Shown here piece by piece: positions 1 through 9,352 of a DNA stretch of 31,164 bases (the first letter of the stretch is position 1; each line of letters starts with the position of its first letter). The stretch lies in the IMG/VR virus record IMGVR_UViG_2713896902_000001; one strand, 5' to 3'. The translations under genes were made by a program, and so were the position numbers. Under the pieces are notes generated by a model that saw nothing but the letters and a program-made list of their open reading frames with translations, did not search any database and was not told the DNA's origin. This DNA is from a virus (taxonomy: Duplodnaviria; Heunggongvirae; Uroviricota; Caudoviricetes).

Positions 1-159
1 ATGAAAAACATTGCAGCTATAAAACGTAATAACCGCAAGATTCACGCTCGTAAGTTCCTGTCTACGCCAGAGGGAAAAGCCTGGCTAGAGCGAAAGCAAC
101 GAGAGAACGAAGAAAGAAAACTCCTTAGTGAGTTGAAATGGCTTAGAGAGGATTTCTGA
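1..159 (+). CDS. small basic ORF (52 aa), possibly complete or the C-terminal end of a gene beginning left of the window
   Basis: ATG at position 1, open frame to TGA at 157-159 (MKNIAAIKRNNRKIHARKF...KWLREDF); below the 60-aa track cutoff; no upstream context visible. Confidence 0.25.
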   Translation: MKNIAAIKRNNRKIHARKFLSTPEGKAWLERKQRENEERKLLSELKWLREDF

Positions 160-289
160 AAATCTCCAGAACGCAACAGGACGCATTCTAACGCTGTTTT
201 CATTGCTTTGTATAGGGATGTATAGGTGATGTGTGTTTAATGCGTCTGCGCGCTTGTTTTGTGCCTTATTTTGCATTTTCATAATGCAG

Positions 290-520
290 AAGAGAACACG
301 GAAAGCCTTAAAATTAATTATTGGGGTATTTAAGGGTATTTTCAGGTTATTTAAGGGTATTAAACTTGATTTAATTGATTAAAATATAAACAGATAGTTC
401 TGTATCTTATTGATTTATAAGGTTATTTTTAAATAAAGGTAAATAAAAAATAAATAGCCATAAATAGCTATAAATACATCTAAATACCTATAAATACATC
501 TAAATACCTATATCCCTTCC
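290..520. repeat. AT-rich tandem direct repeats (GGTATTTAAGGGTATT-like x2; six 10-11 bp units of TAAATA(C/G)CNA)
   Basis: Read directly: ...ataaatagccataaatagctataaatacatctaaatacctataaatacatctaaataccta...; lies 3' of the serine recombinase gene. Confidence 0.5.
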
Positions 521-608
521 CTTATGGCTAGATTGCGAGAGGTGCTTAACGCGATTTTTAGCGCCCCCCGATCTGGAAAATCCAGAATCCCCAAATATCA
601 AGGAGGCG

Positions 609-1148
609 TTACGCCTCCTCTTCTTCCTTCTTAATTCGCTGTACCGTCGAAGGAGCAACATTAAAGATCTCGGCGGTTTTACGCACTGACACGCCATCAG
701 AAAGGGCTTTCTTTATACCTTCTCTATCTACTGCCTTACCTTTACCACGCTTTGTAGGATTGACGGCTTGCGCTTCTCGTTTACGCTCTAACATCAGTTC
801 ACGTTCACACGTTGCAACTGCCGACAACATCGTAAGCATCATCTTTCCCATCGCGCTTGTAATGTCTGCAATGATCCCTTCTTTGTGAAATCGAACAATC
901 ACACCTCGATTATTAAGTTGTTCAACTAAAGCAAGGATATCTAAGGTGTTACGTCCTAAACGGTCGAGAGAGTGCACGTGTAAGGTGTCGCCTTCTCTCA
1001 GATAGGATAAACACGCCTGCAATCCTGGACGGTTAGTGTCTTTACCTGACAGCTTATCTTCAAAGACTTTATCAAGCGTTACTCCTGCAAGCTGGCGATC
1101 AGTGTTCTGATCTACAGTGCTCACACGCTTATAACCGATATTGCTCAT
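609..1148 (-). CDS. small serine recombinase (resolvase/invertase family)
   Basis: 179 aa; N-terminal MSNIGYKRVSTVDQ with catalytic-Ser context, DRLGR motif, C-terminal HTH (VSVRKTAEIFNVAPSTVQRIKK); size and layout match Hin/Tn3-resolvase-type recombinases. Confidence 0.85.
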   Translation of the reverse strand: MSNIGYKRVSTVDQNTDRQLAGVTLDKVFEDKLSGKDTNRPGLQACLSYLREGDTLHVHSLDRLGRNTLDILALVEQLNNRGVIVRFHKEGIIADITSAMGKMMLTMLSAVATCERELMLERKREAQAVNPTKRGKGKAVDREGIKKALSDGVSVRKTAEIFNVAPSTVQRIKKEEEEA

Positions 1149-1400
1149 AAAATCCTCTTAATGTATCGATTTGGCACTACTTCAATGCAAATGAGTATAT
1201 CGTATTCATTTGGTCTGTTTCAAGCCTTATGGGTACGGAATATTACACGATTTAGCTGTATTCATTTGGTATGCCTAATGGATACACAGGGGAATAGATT
1301 AAATGGTGTTCTGTTTATACAGGTTTATTTGTTAGATCAACAAGTTGGCATTTCTAAACAGATGTTTGAACGTTGCCAAATGTCTTGACAACACAAGAAA
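1149..1400. promoter_or_regulatory. candidate res-like recombinase site / control region upstream of the serine recombinase
   Basis: Direct repeat GTATTCATTTGGT twice (about 1199 and 1258) plus TGTTT..ACAG-type half-sites immediately 5' of the recombinase start; track ORFs 1161..1388(+) and 1332..1544(-) here look non-coding. Confidence 0.25.
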
Positions 1401-1419
1401 AGGGCTTGCTATGCCACGC

Positions 1420-1840
1420 ATTACACGAAATAAGGCTGTAAAAACAAAATAAATTTTAAAATTTGCACAAACAAGAAAACTCATTAAGAAACAAGCAGAA
1501 CATTTTTTAGCCAATAATTTCTGATGGTGCCCTGTAAGCCGCATTACACAAGGCTTTGCGAAAGTGATGTAAAAGTGAAGAAAGTAAGAATTGCATTTTT
1601 AAGCTACTTTTCACTGAATTTTTAGTAGGGAATTACACAGGAATAAGTTAGGGATATTCTATGATTTACACAGGGAATATAGGGGGATTATGGCACACAC
1701 ATAGAAAGACATTACACAGAGTGCTATGTGACAAATGGATGTAACGAGAGGTTACATTCAGCTATCTGAAATGCTCTCTGTAAGAAAGTTGGTAGTAACG
1801 GTAGGTCACTGTGAGCTAGGGGGTAGGTCACTGTGAACTA
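1420..1840. repeat. iteron-like direct repeats (TTACAC(A/G) x5; GGTAGGTCACTGTGA x2)
   Basis: TTACACAG-like copies near 1422, 1544, 1633, 1666, 1712; 15-bp GGTAGGTCACTGTGA at about 1800 and 1822 separated by 7 bp; no ORF of 60 aa or more on the track between 1544 and 3076. Confidence 0.45.
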
Positions 1841-1899
1841 CAATAAGACTATTAATAAAACTATATTAGATTATTAATTAGATCATAATAATAATATTC

Positions 1900-2340
1900 T
1901 TTATATATATGATCTTTTGCCTTCCGGCGTTAGCTTCACTCTCTGGCAAGCAGCCTTACTCCGCTACCTTTCGGGCTACGTTGGCTGGCCCGTTCCGCTC
2001 ACACCGAAAGCAAAGCGTTACTTTCTTCGTGTAACTATCGTTGGCGGTAACGCCCACGAAGAAATACTATTGCGCTGTGCGCAGTAAGAGTAATCACCTA
2101 ACCAATCATACTGATTGCTTATGTGTTAACTCTCTCTAACTCTTAATTACCCTCCTACATTTAATAACTCTGTTATTCTCTGTAGTCGTGTAATTACTCG
2201 AAGAGAGAGCGGCTAAAGCTCAATTACACTCTGCTTTCCTCGTGTAATTTCACTAAGCCTCAATACAATTCCACTTCCACATTCTGTAGTCGTGTAATTG
2301 TTTTCGGTGGAAAAGCCAGAGGCGACACCGAAAGAGAATT
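1900..2340. other. structured non-coding segment with repeated TCTGTAGTCGTGTAATT (x2), CGTGTAAT(T/C) variants and CACCGAAAG (x2)
   Basis: 17-bp exact direct repeat at about 2179-2195 and 2283-2299; hairpin TTCTTCGTG...CACGAAGAA near 2025-2065; GC-rich island inside AT-rich flanks. Confidence 0.35.
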
Positions 2341-2929
2341 CTGATCTTATTAATCTTATCTATCTTAGTTAATCTTCTTACTTTATCTTACTTATCTTAT
2401 CTACTTTATTATTAATAATAGCTTTATAAGCTCTCTGTGTAGCTCTATGACGCAAGAAACAGCATTCAGGAAGGGAATCACCTTAGAAAAGTGTTCTTTG
2501 CGTCATAATGTGTTTTATGAAGGATTCAGAGGTGTTTCATACCACAAGGTATAGAGGATACTTTTAATTAATTAAAAATAAGGGGTCTAAATGCTTCTCT
2601 AACAGCATTAAGCAGGGTAGGGAATGGAAACGCATTGCCTACACATATAAGCTCACTACAGGGCTTTACAGAGCGTTTTATAAAGTGACTCTCTATCTTA
2701 TATCTACCATCACCTTTTCATATACCTAACAAATACAAATTAAGCCCCTTAAATAAGCCTATGGCGAGCTAAACAGCCATTACATAAGGGAATGTATTGC
2801 TTTTATCAAAACCTCGTTAGAACGCGTTTTAGAGCGTTTTAGACAATAATGAAGAATAGCACCACACAGAAGAGCACGAATTGCTAAGACAAATTATAAC
2901 ATGCTGAAAAAGATCGATTTTTTTCGAAA

Positions 2930-2970
2930 AGGGTATTGACAAATGTTTCTTTATATGTAATAATAGGTAT
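2930..2970 (+). promoter_or_regulatory. sigma70-like promoter for the rightward operon (TTGACA -N17- TAATAA)
   Basis: gggtattgacaaatgtttctttatatgtaataatagg about 110 bp upstream of the 3076 start; a short hairpin + T-run (aagccgtcaggctt...tttttt) precedes the RBS. Confidence 0.3.
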
Positions 2971-3075
2971 TAGAGGGACAGAAAAACATTCTTCTCTAAA
3001 TAATCAAAATCAATGCACTTTGAAGCCGTCAGGCTTGCAAGGTGTTTTTTCTTTTAACTGAATAAGGAGTTTTTT

Positions 3076-3264
3076 ATGAAATGGTTTACACCGGAGCACG
3101 TCGTCTCGGCATTTAAAAAAGGTGAGTTATCTCGCCACCAAGTAGTAATGAATCGTAATATGGCAAGGAGTCGAGGCTATCCAGAGCGAGCAGCTTGCTT
3201 CAATGAAGCACTCAAGATTATTGATGAACTAAGAAAAAATGAAAAAGAATCTGAAACAGAGTAA
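3076..3264 (+). CDS. hypothetical small protein (62 aa)
   Basis: Track ORF; AAGGAG RBS 7 nt upstream; first gene after the promoter. Confidence 0.5.
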   Translation: MKWFTPEHVVSAFKKGELSRHQVVMNRNMARSRGYPERAACFNEALKIIDELRKNEKESETE

Positions 3265-3283
3265 AGAATAGAAGGAGAAAACT

Positions 3284-3454
3284 ATGAGCGAAACTACAGA
3301 AAAGAAAAGACAACCACGCACTTGCTTTCATATTCCTGATGAAGTATTTCAGGTGTTATTTAAAGAAGCCAGAAGTAGACGTATCACTGTCACAGATTAC
3401 ATTCTTGATATGTTGAAAAGAGAGGCTGAAACACTCTCAAATAAAAGCAAGTGA
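3284..3454 (+). CDS. hypothetical small protein (56 aa), possibly ribbon-helix-helix-like
   Basis: ATG at 3284 with GAAGGAG RBS; MSETTEKKRQPRTCFHIPDEVFQVLFKEARSRRITVTDYILDMLKREAETLSNKSK; below track cutoff. Confidence 0.4.
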   Translation: MSETTEKKRQPRTCFHIPDEVFQVLFKEARSRRITVTDYILDMLKREAETLSNKSK

Positions 3455-3507
3455 TTTTTATCACCATAGTAGCGCCATAGAGCGTGATTACATCAAGGAG
3501 ATTTTTA

Positions 3508-4065
3508 ATGATTAACCAACTAACTTTTACAAAACACTATGACACGTTTGATAATGTATCAAAGATTTATTCTGATAAATTCCCTCAAGGAAAAGATTTA
3601 GATCTATTACATATTGTGCTTTATTTTCGATTCCTTAGTTATCAGGAAAACAACCTTAATTGTTATGAAAGTCACGAAACATTAGCTAAGATTTTTAAGT
3701 CTTCATCGTCAACAATTAAACGTAAGATAAACGATCTTAAAGAGATGGGATTATTAGAAACATCCCCACATCCTGATCCGTATATTTCATCTTTGATTTA
3801 CAATGCTCTCCCTCTCACAGATGCACATATTACTCCCCCAGGAGAATCATCACTCTCTGATCTTTCTGAGGCAGAAGAAGCACAGGAACAACCTAAAGGC
3901 CATAAACAGCCTTCTTTTGATGTTCTTGATGATTGGGATGCGCCTTTGCCGTGGGAGACGGAAGAAACACCTGTTTCATCAAGTGAAAAGGTAGCTAATG
4001 ATAATGAGGCATATTTTTCTAAGCATTACCCAAATGTGTATGATGACTTTGATATTCCATTTTAA
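3508..4065 (+). CDS. HTH-type DNA-binding protein with acidic C-terminal tail; possible replication-initiation or regulatory protein
   Basis: Track ORF 3484..4065 (GTG); preferred start is ATG 3508 with AAGGAG RBS; winged-helix-like segment (ETLAKIFKSSSSTIKRKINDLKEMGLLE) then acidic tail; sits downstream of the iteron-rich region. Confidence 0.6.
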   Translation: MINQLTFTKHYDTFDNVSKIYSDKFPQGKDLDLLHIVLYFRFLSYQENNLNCYESHETLAKIFKSSSSTIKRKINDLKEMGLLETSPHPDPYISSLIYNALPLTDAHITPPGESSLSDLSEAEEAQEQPKGHKQPSFDVLDDWDAPLPWETEETPVSSSEKVANDNEAYFSKHYPNVYDDFDIPF

Positions 4066-4076
4066 TAAGGAGGGTT

Positions 4077-4355
4077 ATGATTCAATATTTAGTAAAAAAT
4101 CAAGTAGACAGAATTCAGTGTAATGACACAGGAAAACGCATCTACGAAACACTTGCTTACCTCTATAAAGGAAAGCCAACACCGCTAAAATATAGCGATG
4201 TGTTACACCGAGCAGGGTGCTCTGAAGATGGTTTAAAATTCTGGCTGAAACAGCTATCAAATTTCGGTGTTATAGAGATTAAAGAATTATCTTTCTCTAC
4301 ATTCAATCTCAAAAGACTAAATAGAGAAATAGACTTCATCTATTCCACTCTCTAA
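4077..4355 (+). CDS. hypothetical small protein, possible HTH regulator (92 aa)
   Basis: Track ORF; TAAGGAGGG RBS directly upstream. Confidence 0.6.
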   Translation: MIQYLVKNQVDRIQCNDTGKRIYETLAYLYKGKPTPLKYSDVLHRAGCSEDGLKFWLKQLSNFGVIEIKELSFSTFNLKRLNREIDFIYSTL

Positions 4356-4484
4356 AATCTCTCTATGTAATTAAAATATAAAAGGAAAACATTATTATGA
4401 TAGTAGCTATGTATTGGTTATTGTTCTTTCTCACGTTAGAAACATATTTCGGGGTGTTTTCCTTTAAAAGAAAAGGAAAAATAA

Positions 4485-4895
4485 ATGGCAAAAAGAAAAA
4501 ACAACGTTGTTAAGAAGATCGGTGATTCAGCTTCTCTTCTAAGTAAACCTAAATCTATTCTAAGACGTAAAGACTTTAAAGAGCTAGTTACGCTCACCAA
4601 GCATAATAGCGCCCCTGGCGAATGGAAAACAGAGATCATAGAACATTCTCCCTCTGTGCCTTGTGGAGATGAATTTAACGCCTTACAAGAAATCTTATCT
4701 TCAACACCTGGCGTATTCTGGAAGCCTAGAAAAAGAAAAGAGTATATCGTTGATAGCTCTGATTTACGCAAATACCAGATTTTAGGATTTGAAGACTATA
4801 ACCACTACGTCGGTTATCTCGCCACCAATGGCCTAAATAATTTAGTTCCTGAATTCCAAATTCTAGATAATGCTGATCACTATGGAGACTTTTAA
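4485..4895 (+). CDS. hypothetical protein with basic N-terminus (136 aa); small-terminase-like or DNA-binding role is a guess
   Basis: Track ORF; N-terminal MAKRKNNVVKKIG...KSILRRK is strongly basic; antisense track ORF 4436..4771 judged spurious. Confidence 0.6.
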   Translation: MAKRKNNVVKKIGDSASLLSKPKSILRRKDFKELVTLTKHNSAPGEWKTEIIEHSPSVPCGDEFNALQEILSSTPGVFWKPRKRKEYIVDSSDLRKYQILGFEDYNHYVGYLATNGLNNLVPEFQILDNADHYGDF

Positions 4896-4896
4896 T

Positions 4897-5232
4897 ATGA
4901 ACAACACGTATGATACAATTTATTCACTAATTAATTATTATGAGGATGATTACCTCCTGCCTTTAAACCGTGCTGAACTTGAAGCATATAAAGAAAACAC
5001 ACCATCGGCACTAAATGAGGCGTTTAAACACTGGGATTTAGCTGTGAATGCCTTTGAGCACCTCTCTAAGCGTGTAGAGATGCTCTGCAAGCGCGAAAAC
5101 GCATATCTGACAGCCTCTCAGGTATGGGATCTATCAAACTGGATAGAAGATATCGAAGCTGATGTTCGCTATGTAGGAGACGGACTTGTTGAACTAGCTC
5201 AACGCTTAGGCGCTACTATCACAGAAGAATAA
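4897..5232 (+). CDS. hypothetical acidic protein (111 aa)
   Basis: Track ORF 4870..5232; start placed at ATG 4897 just after the upstream stop (same frame as the track ORF). Confidence 0.55.
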   Translation: MNNTYDTIYSLINYYEDDYLLPLNRAELEAYKENTPSALNEAFKHWDLAVNAFEHLSKRVEMLCKRENAYLTASQVWDLSNWIEDIEADVRYVGDGLVELAQRLGATITEE

Positions 5233-5254
5233 AAAAAGCAACAAAAAAGTTGTA

Positions 5255-5560
5255 AAATATCTTGACATTTCATATATTGTATGTTAATATAATTATATGG
5301 GGTGATTATTTTTCCTTTATTGGTTCGATATTAAAAATTCTTCTTGTCGTTAAAGGGGAGTAAAATCTCCGCTCCCCGCTTCTCCTCCTTAAGTAAATAC
5401 TGTGTCATTATTACCTCTTTTTTCCTTTGTTATGCATACATCTTGGAGTGTGCATAACATAGGGTAATTACAAAGGCGGCTTTAAATGCTGCCTTTTATT
5501 TTGCCCGTTATGCAACTTAAAAGTTGTATTTCTTACTTTAAACAAGGTAACAAGGTTTAT
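5255..5560 (+). promoter_or_regulatory. structured leader with promoter-like TTGACA-N17-TAATAT and several hairpins upstream of the structural-type genes
   Basis: cttgacatttcatatattgtatgttaatat; hairpins GGGGAGtaaaatctccgCTCCCC, GTTATGCATACA...TGTGCATAAC, AAAGGCGGCtttaaatGCTGCCTTT followed by a T-run. Confidence 0.3.
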
Positions 5561-5564
5561 ATAA

Positions 5565-5777
5565 ATGTTGTTTTTAAACGATAAAGAGCAAATCATCAAG
5601 TATCGAGATGAAATGCTGCGAATTACTCCACAAATTACCGAAATGGTAGCTAAATACGCTGGGTGTTCTGTCGAAGAAGTAGAAAGATGTGTTGAAAAAT
5701 ATTTTTCTCCTTCTTCTCCGTCTACACCTTCCCTTAATGAATTAATCAAATTAAAAGCTAAGGAGATTACTAAATGA
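5565..5777 (+). CDS. hypothetical small protein (70 aa)
   Basis: Track ORF; weak RBS; stop overlaps the start of the next gene. Confidence 0.45.
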   Translation: MLFLNDKEQIIKYRDEMLRITPQITEMVAKYAGCSVEEVERCVEKYFSPSSPSTPSLNELIKLKAKEITK

Positions 5778-6136
5778 TTATTGATTTAGACACTCTGTTT
5801 CCAGTTCGAAAGACTTTCACAGATATTGTAAGTTATTGTACTGATCCGTTTGCCTCTGTAGAAAGCAAGGTTTTTGCTTCTCTTCCTGCTGATGTTGAGT
5901 GCGGAGACTTGATCACCAGCACGGGCGCTAAATATGAATCAGGAGATGATGTCTATGTTGTTATGAGTGAGTTTGTAACGGCTGGAGACAACAAGCCTGT
6001 AGATATTTTACGTAGCAATGCTGGGCTTGTATGCATCAAAGCTGATGCCCTGAATGCTGTAAGTGAAGCAGCAAAAACAGCATTAATTAAAAAAGGCTTC
6101 CAGCTTGAAGGCTTTAATACGGTTTTCACTTCTTAA
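5774..6136 (+). CDS. hypothetical protein (120 aa), possibly a head-decoration-like protein
   Basis: Track ORF; AAGGAG RBS; size, composition and position immediately 5' of the capsid-like gene recall lambda D-type decoration proteins; assignment by context only. Confidence 0.55.
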   Translation: MIIDLDTLFPVRKTFTDIVSYCTDPFASVESKVFASLPADVECGDLITSTGAKYESGDDVYVVMSEFVTAGDNKPVDILRSNAGLVCIKADALNAVSEAAKTALIKKGFQLEGFNTVFTS

Positions 6137-6154
6137 TAAAAGGAATAATAATAA

Positions 6155-7183
6155 ATGATTCTAGGTAATGATTACGTTGATTTAGCTCCGCTTTTCCAGG
6201 CTCATAGCACTAGAAATTATCTGCTTTCTACTCTCGACTTCACTGATCCGGTGGGCGTTAGTTCTCATAAAGTAGCTGTTTCCCAGCTTGTCGAAAGCAA
6301 CGAATCTCTCTTTAACAAAGAAACCTCTCGTTTCTCTTCTGAACACAATGTTACTAAGCGAGAACAAGGTAAAGAATGGCTGATTGAAATCCCGTATTTT
6401 CTTCGTGAGGATGTGATTCGTCCTTCTGATGTTCAAGGCAAGCGTAAGCCTGGCACTGATTTTCAGGAAACACTCACTGATATTTATGCTGAGTATGTTG
6501 CTAAACACCACGTAGCGTATCAGCGTACAAAAGAGAGCGTATTGGCTGCTTCTTTGTTCTCTGGCAAAACTTACACACCGAAAACTGATGATGTGTTAAT
6601 TGAGTGGGGCAAGCTGTTTAACGTATCAGCTATGAAAGCCACTGTGAACGCTTCCAGCACTGACACCACGAAGATTTTTAAAGAATTTGATCAGATTGCT
6701 ACTAACATTTTTGAAATCACACAAAGCCAGGCGTCAGCGGTAGAAAGAATTGTTGTTTTCTGTAAGCCGGAAGCCTTCTCTGCAATTCGATTCTCTGCGG
6801 GTATGGCAAACGCATTCCAGTATGTAAGCCCACTGGAAGAGGGGAATGTTGTGTACCAGCGTCGTGACCTGCTGCCAGGAGTGACAGCGTTCACTATTCC
6901 AGGAACTAACATTGATGTTGTTAAACTGGTAGATCCGCTACACCTTGCACATATGACCGCTGACGCTGTAGCTGTTCCGAAGTTTGCTAAAGGCTCTAAT
7001 GTATATCAGAACATCTACGGGGCTGCTTCCAGCACCTTTGAACTGATTAATGCCGCTCCTGCTGAGGTGTACAGCTATAGCTATGAATCTTCTCGTGGTG
7101 ATGCTGTTAACGTTGTTACAGAGAATAGCCAGATGGTTGTAAACCACGGTGTAGGCTTCTCCGTTCAAATCACTGTTAAATAA
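6155..7183 (+). CDS. putative major capsid-like structural protein (342 aa)
   Basis: Track ORF; Ala/Ser/Thr/Val-rich, Cys-poor composition; followed by a strong intrinsic terminator; preceded by a decoration-like gene; about the size of lambda E-type capsid proteins; no search run. Confidence 0.6.
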   Translation: MILGNDYVDLAPLFQAHSTRNYLLSTLDFTDPVGVSSHKVAVSQLVESNESLFNKETSRFSSEHNVTKREQGKEWLIEIPYFLREDVIRPSDVQGKRKPGTDFQETLTDIYAEYVAKHHVAYQRTKESVLAASLFSGKTYTPKTDDVLIEWGKLFNVSAMKATVNASSTDTTKIFKEFDQIATNIFEITQSQASAVERIVVFCKPEAFSAIRFSAGMANAFQYVSPLEEGNVVYQRRDLLPGVTAFTIPGTNIDVVKLVDPLHLAHMTADAVAVPKFAKGSNVYQNIYGAASSTFELINAAPAEVYSYSYESSRGDAVNVVTENSQMVVNHGVGFSVQITVK

Positions 7184-7196
7184 TATTTAACGTGTA

Positions 7197-7236
7197 ATAG
7201 AGGCGTGGCGTGTATTCACGCTTCGCCTTTTTTTAT
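7197..7236 (+). terminator. Rho-independent terminator after the capsid-like gene
   Basis: gaggcgtggcgtgtattcacgcttcgcc stem followed by tttttttatttatttttt. Confidence 0.6.
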
Positions 7237-7268
7237 TTATTTTTTAAATTTTGAGAGGTGATTAAAAT

Positions 7269-7472
7269 ATGGAAGTGATTCTGAAATCAAAAAATGGTGT
7301 ACACGTACATTTAGATGCTAATGATTCTAGAGGCTTGTTAAATCTGAAATATCTATGTTCTCTCTTAGATGTGCCATATGAAGGAGTAAAAGCCCGTATG
7401 TTCAGATTAAACGAGAGTATTGATCAGGCTCTACACCATTTCTTAAGCAAAGAAGGTGGTAAAAATGATTAA
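7269..7472 (+). CDS. hypothetical small protein (67 aa)
   Basis: Track ORF; GAGAGGTGA RBS. Confidence 0.45.
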   Translation: MEVILKSKNGVHVHLDANDSRGLLNLKYLCSLLDVPYEGVKARMFRLNESIDQALHHFLSKEGGKND

Positions 7473-7486
7473 TAAGGGGATTTTAA

Positions 7487-9331
7487 ATGTTAGAAATTAA
7501 CACTTCTAAAATTAAGAACACAGTTACATTTAGTGTAGATAAAGACAGCTTGAAAAAAGCGAAAGACTCTATTACAGGCTTAAAGGAATTCGCAGAGAAC
7601 ATCAAGCCAGCTAAATTAAGGTTTGATAATGTCACTAAAGGCTATAAGAAAGCACAAAACGAAGTAGACAAGATTGCTCAACAGAAAGCTAAAACAGAAA
7701 AGCAGAATCAAAGAGCACAAGCTGCCGCAGCAAGAGCACAGGCAAGGCAACAGGCACAAATAGCAGCACGTAAAGAGAAAGCAGAATTAAAACTTCTCGA
7801 TGTGTCAAGCTCTATCAGTGCAATGCACCGCCTCTCTGTAGCGGAACAATACAAAGCTATTGCACAGGCTAGAGAGATAGCAAAACAATATGAGCAAGGG
7901 GCTATCTCGCTTGCACGTATGAATAGCCAAATGAAACGCTTACAACAACAACAACGTAAGATTAATGGCAACAGAAAAGCTCAATTTGCCCCCGTTAAAG
8001 GAGGATCAGGGAATTCCGCCACTATGGGCGCTCTGTTATTTGGAGGCGCTACAGCGGCGGCTGGCGTGATGGCTGTAAGCAAAGCCTCTGATTTTGTTAC
8101 TAGCAGCTTCGCTAACGCAGAGACGCAAGGGGAGCTAATTCAACGGGCCAAGCTGGGCGGTGTAGACGTTAACCAGATGTATAATATTACAGAATGGGCG
8201 TATAGAAACGGCGTTGACTCTATGATGGGTGATCAAGGTGCTAGGAAATACCTGGATCAGATGAAAGATGTTAGGGAACGTGCCGCAAAATCCTATAGTG
8301 AAGCTGAATTAGTGAAAGATAAGAAAACCGGAAAATCAGGGAAATGGAAAGGCGGTGATAACGCTATTAATGAACTTCTAAACATCGGTGTTATTAACAA
8401 AAGCGACCTTAAAAAATTTGCTGATAATCCAGCCGGATTAATTTCTAAGGCTGTTAATGGAATGATGAAAAAAGGGTTTTCAGACTCCCAAATTGGACAA
8501 CGTTTAGAAGACCTGGGCGATGATTTGATGCTTACGTCAAAATATTGGCAACGTTCCGTTAAAGATGTACAAGAAAGTATTAATCAGCAAAAAGCCTCTG
8601 GAAAATGGCTAACAGAAACACAGCAAGAATCTATCGTTAAATTCAGAGAACTAAACAGACAGCTTTCACAGCTTTCTGATGCAAGGCAAGTAGCATTCGT
8701 AGACGGCTTTATGAAATCTCTCGATCCAAAAGTAACGGAAGAGTTTATGAAAAACCTTTCTAATCTCACTCCGTATTTTACGAAGCTGGGAGAAGCTGCA
8801 GGAAGTCTCTTTGAGGCCATTATGAAGATTGTAAACTGGTTTAATCGTAATGATGATAAGACAGATGCTATTCAGAAAAATTTAGGTGATGCACCGCCAT
8901 TAAGCAATGATGGAATGAAACAGCATCTTTCTAATCTCGTTCCTGATCAATATAAAGGCGCTGGCACTGCAACAACTACACCTGATAATAGTCATTCTCT
9001 CTTTAACACGATTAAGGGATTGCTTTTCGATGATAATGCTTCTTCTGTATCAGATGTAAAAATGTCAGTCAGCGAAGCACCGATAACCAATCTCAAACAG
9101 GGTGCTTTAAATAATCTTGCAATGACAACTCCGGCTTATAATTTATCTCCTGTGTTTAATCTGAATCCAACGTTTGAAGTGGTAACAGAGGTTCCTCTTA
9201 CTATTAATTCTGACACATCCAGATTAAGCGATTATGTGGATTTTACAGCGAGAGCAAGTCGGGATAGCTTCTTGAAATCATTAACATTAACCAGCTTATC
9301 AGGACAATCTAACGGCGGGGACCCGCCATAA
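7487..9331 (+). CDS. large coiled-coil protein with a Gly/Ala-rich hydrophobic segment (614 aa); virion-internal, tape-measure-like or ejection-like protein
   Basis: Track ORF; AAGGGGA RBS; N-terminal Ala/Gln/Lys-rich heptad-like region (QKAKTEKQNQRAQAAAARAQARQQAQIAARKEK), hydrophobic GGSGNSATMGALLFGGATAAAGVMAV; antisense Cys-rich ORF 7708..7971 is a mirror artefact of the Ala/Gln codons. Confidence 0.7.
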   Translation: MLEINTSKIKNTVTFSVDKDSLKKAKDSITGLKEFAENIKPAKLRFDNVTKGYKKAQNEVDKIAQQKAKTEKQNQRAQAAAARAQARQQAQIAARKEKAELKLLDVSSSISAMHRLSVAEQYKAIAQAREIAKQYEQGAISLARMNSQMKRLQQQQRKINGNRKAQFAPVKGGSGNSATMGALLFGGATAAAGVMAVSKASDFVTSSFANAETQGELIQRAKLGGVDVNQMYNITEWAYRNGVDSMMGDQGARKYLDQMKDVRERAAKSYSEAELVKDKKTGKSGKWKGGDNAINELLNIGVINKSDLKKFADNPAGLISKAVNGMMKKGFSDSQIGQRLEDLGDDLMLTSKYWQRSVKDVQESINQQKASGKWLTETQQESIVKFRELNRQLSQLSDARQVAFVDGFMKSLDPKVTEEFMKNLSNLTPYFTKLGEAAGSLFEAIMKIVNWFNRNDDKTDAIQKNLGDAPPLSNDGMKQHLSNLVPDQYKGAGTATTTPDNSHSLFNTIKGLLFDDNASSVSDVKMSVSEAPITNLKQGALNNLAMTTPAYNLSPVFNLNPTFEVVTEVPLTINSDTSRLSDYVDFTARASRDSFLKSLTLTSLSGQSNGGDPP

Positions 9332-9352
9332 CATTACAAGGAAATTATTATT

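Noticed and set aside
85-282. 65-aa minus-strand ORF at the window start
   Set aside because: Overlaps the plus-strand small ORF 1..159, no RBS, low-complexity C-terminus; neither is strongly supported but the plus-strand one has the cleaner frame
290-520. Possible CRISPR array because of short tandem repeats
   Set aside because: Units are only about 10-11 bp, AT-rich and directly abutting with no unique spacers of 25-40 bp; no cas genes in the window
609-1148. Transposon or IS element around the serine recombinase
   Set aside because: No transposase gene and no terminal inverted repeats flanking the recombinase; it looks like a stand-alone resolvase/invertase
1161-1544. Track ORFs 1161..1388(+) and 1332..1544(-)
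   Set aside because: They fall in the repeat-containing region upstream of the recombinase, have no RBS and Cys/Phe-rich low-quality products; the region is more plausibly a binding-site array
4436-4771. 111-aa minus-strand ORF
   Set aside because: Overlaps the RBS-supported plus-strand gene 4485..4895 and runs against the unidirectional operon; product looks low-complexity
7708-7971. 87-aa Cys-rich minus-strand ORF
   Set aside because: Antisense to the Ala/Gln-rich coiled-coil part of the 614-aa gene; Cys/Ala-rich product is the expected mirror artefact of GCN/CAG codons
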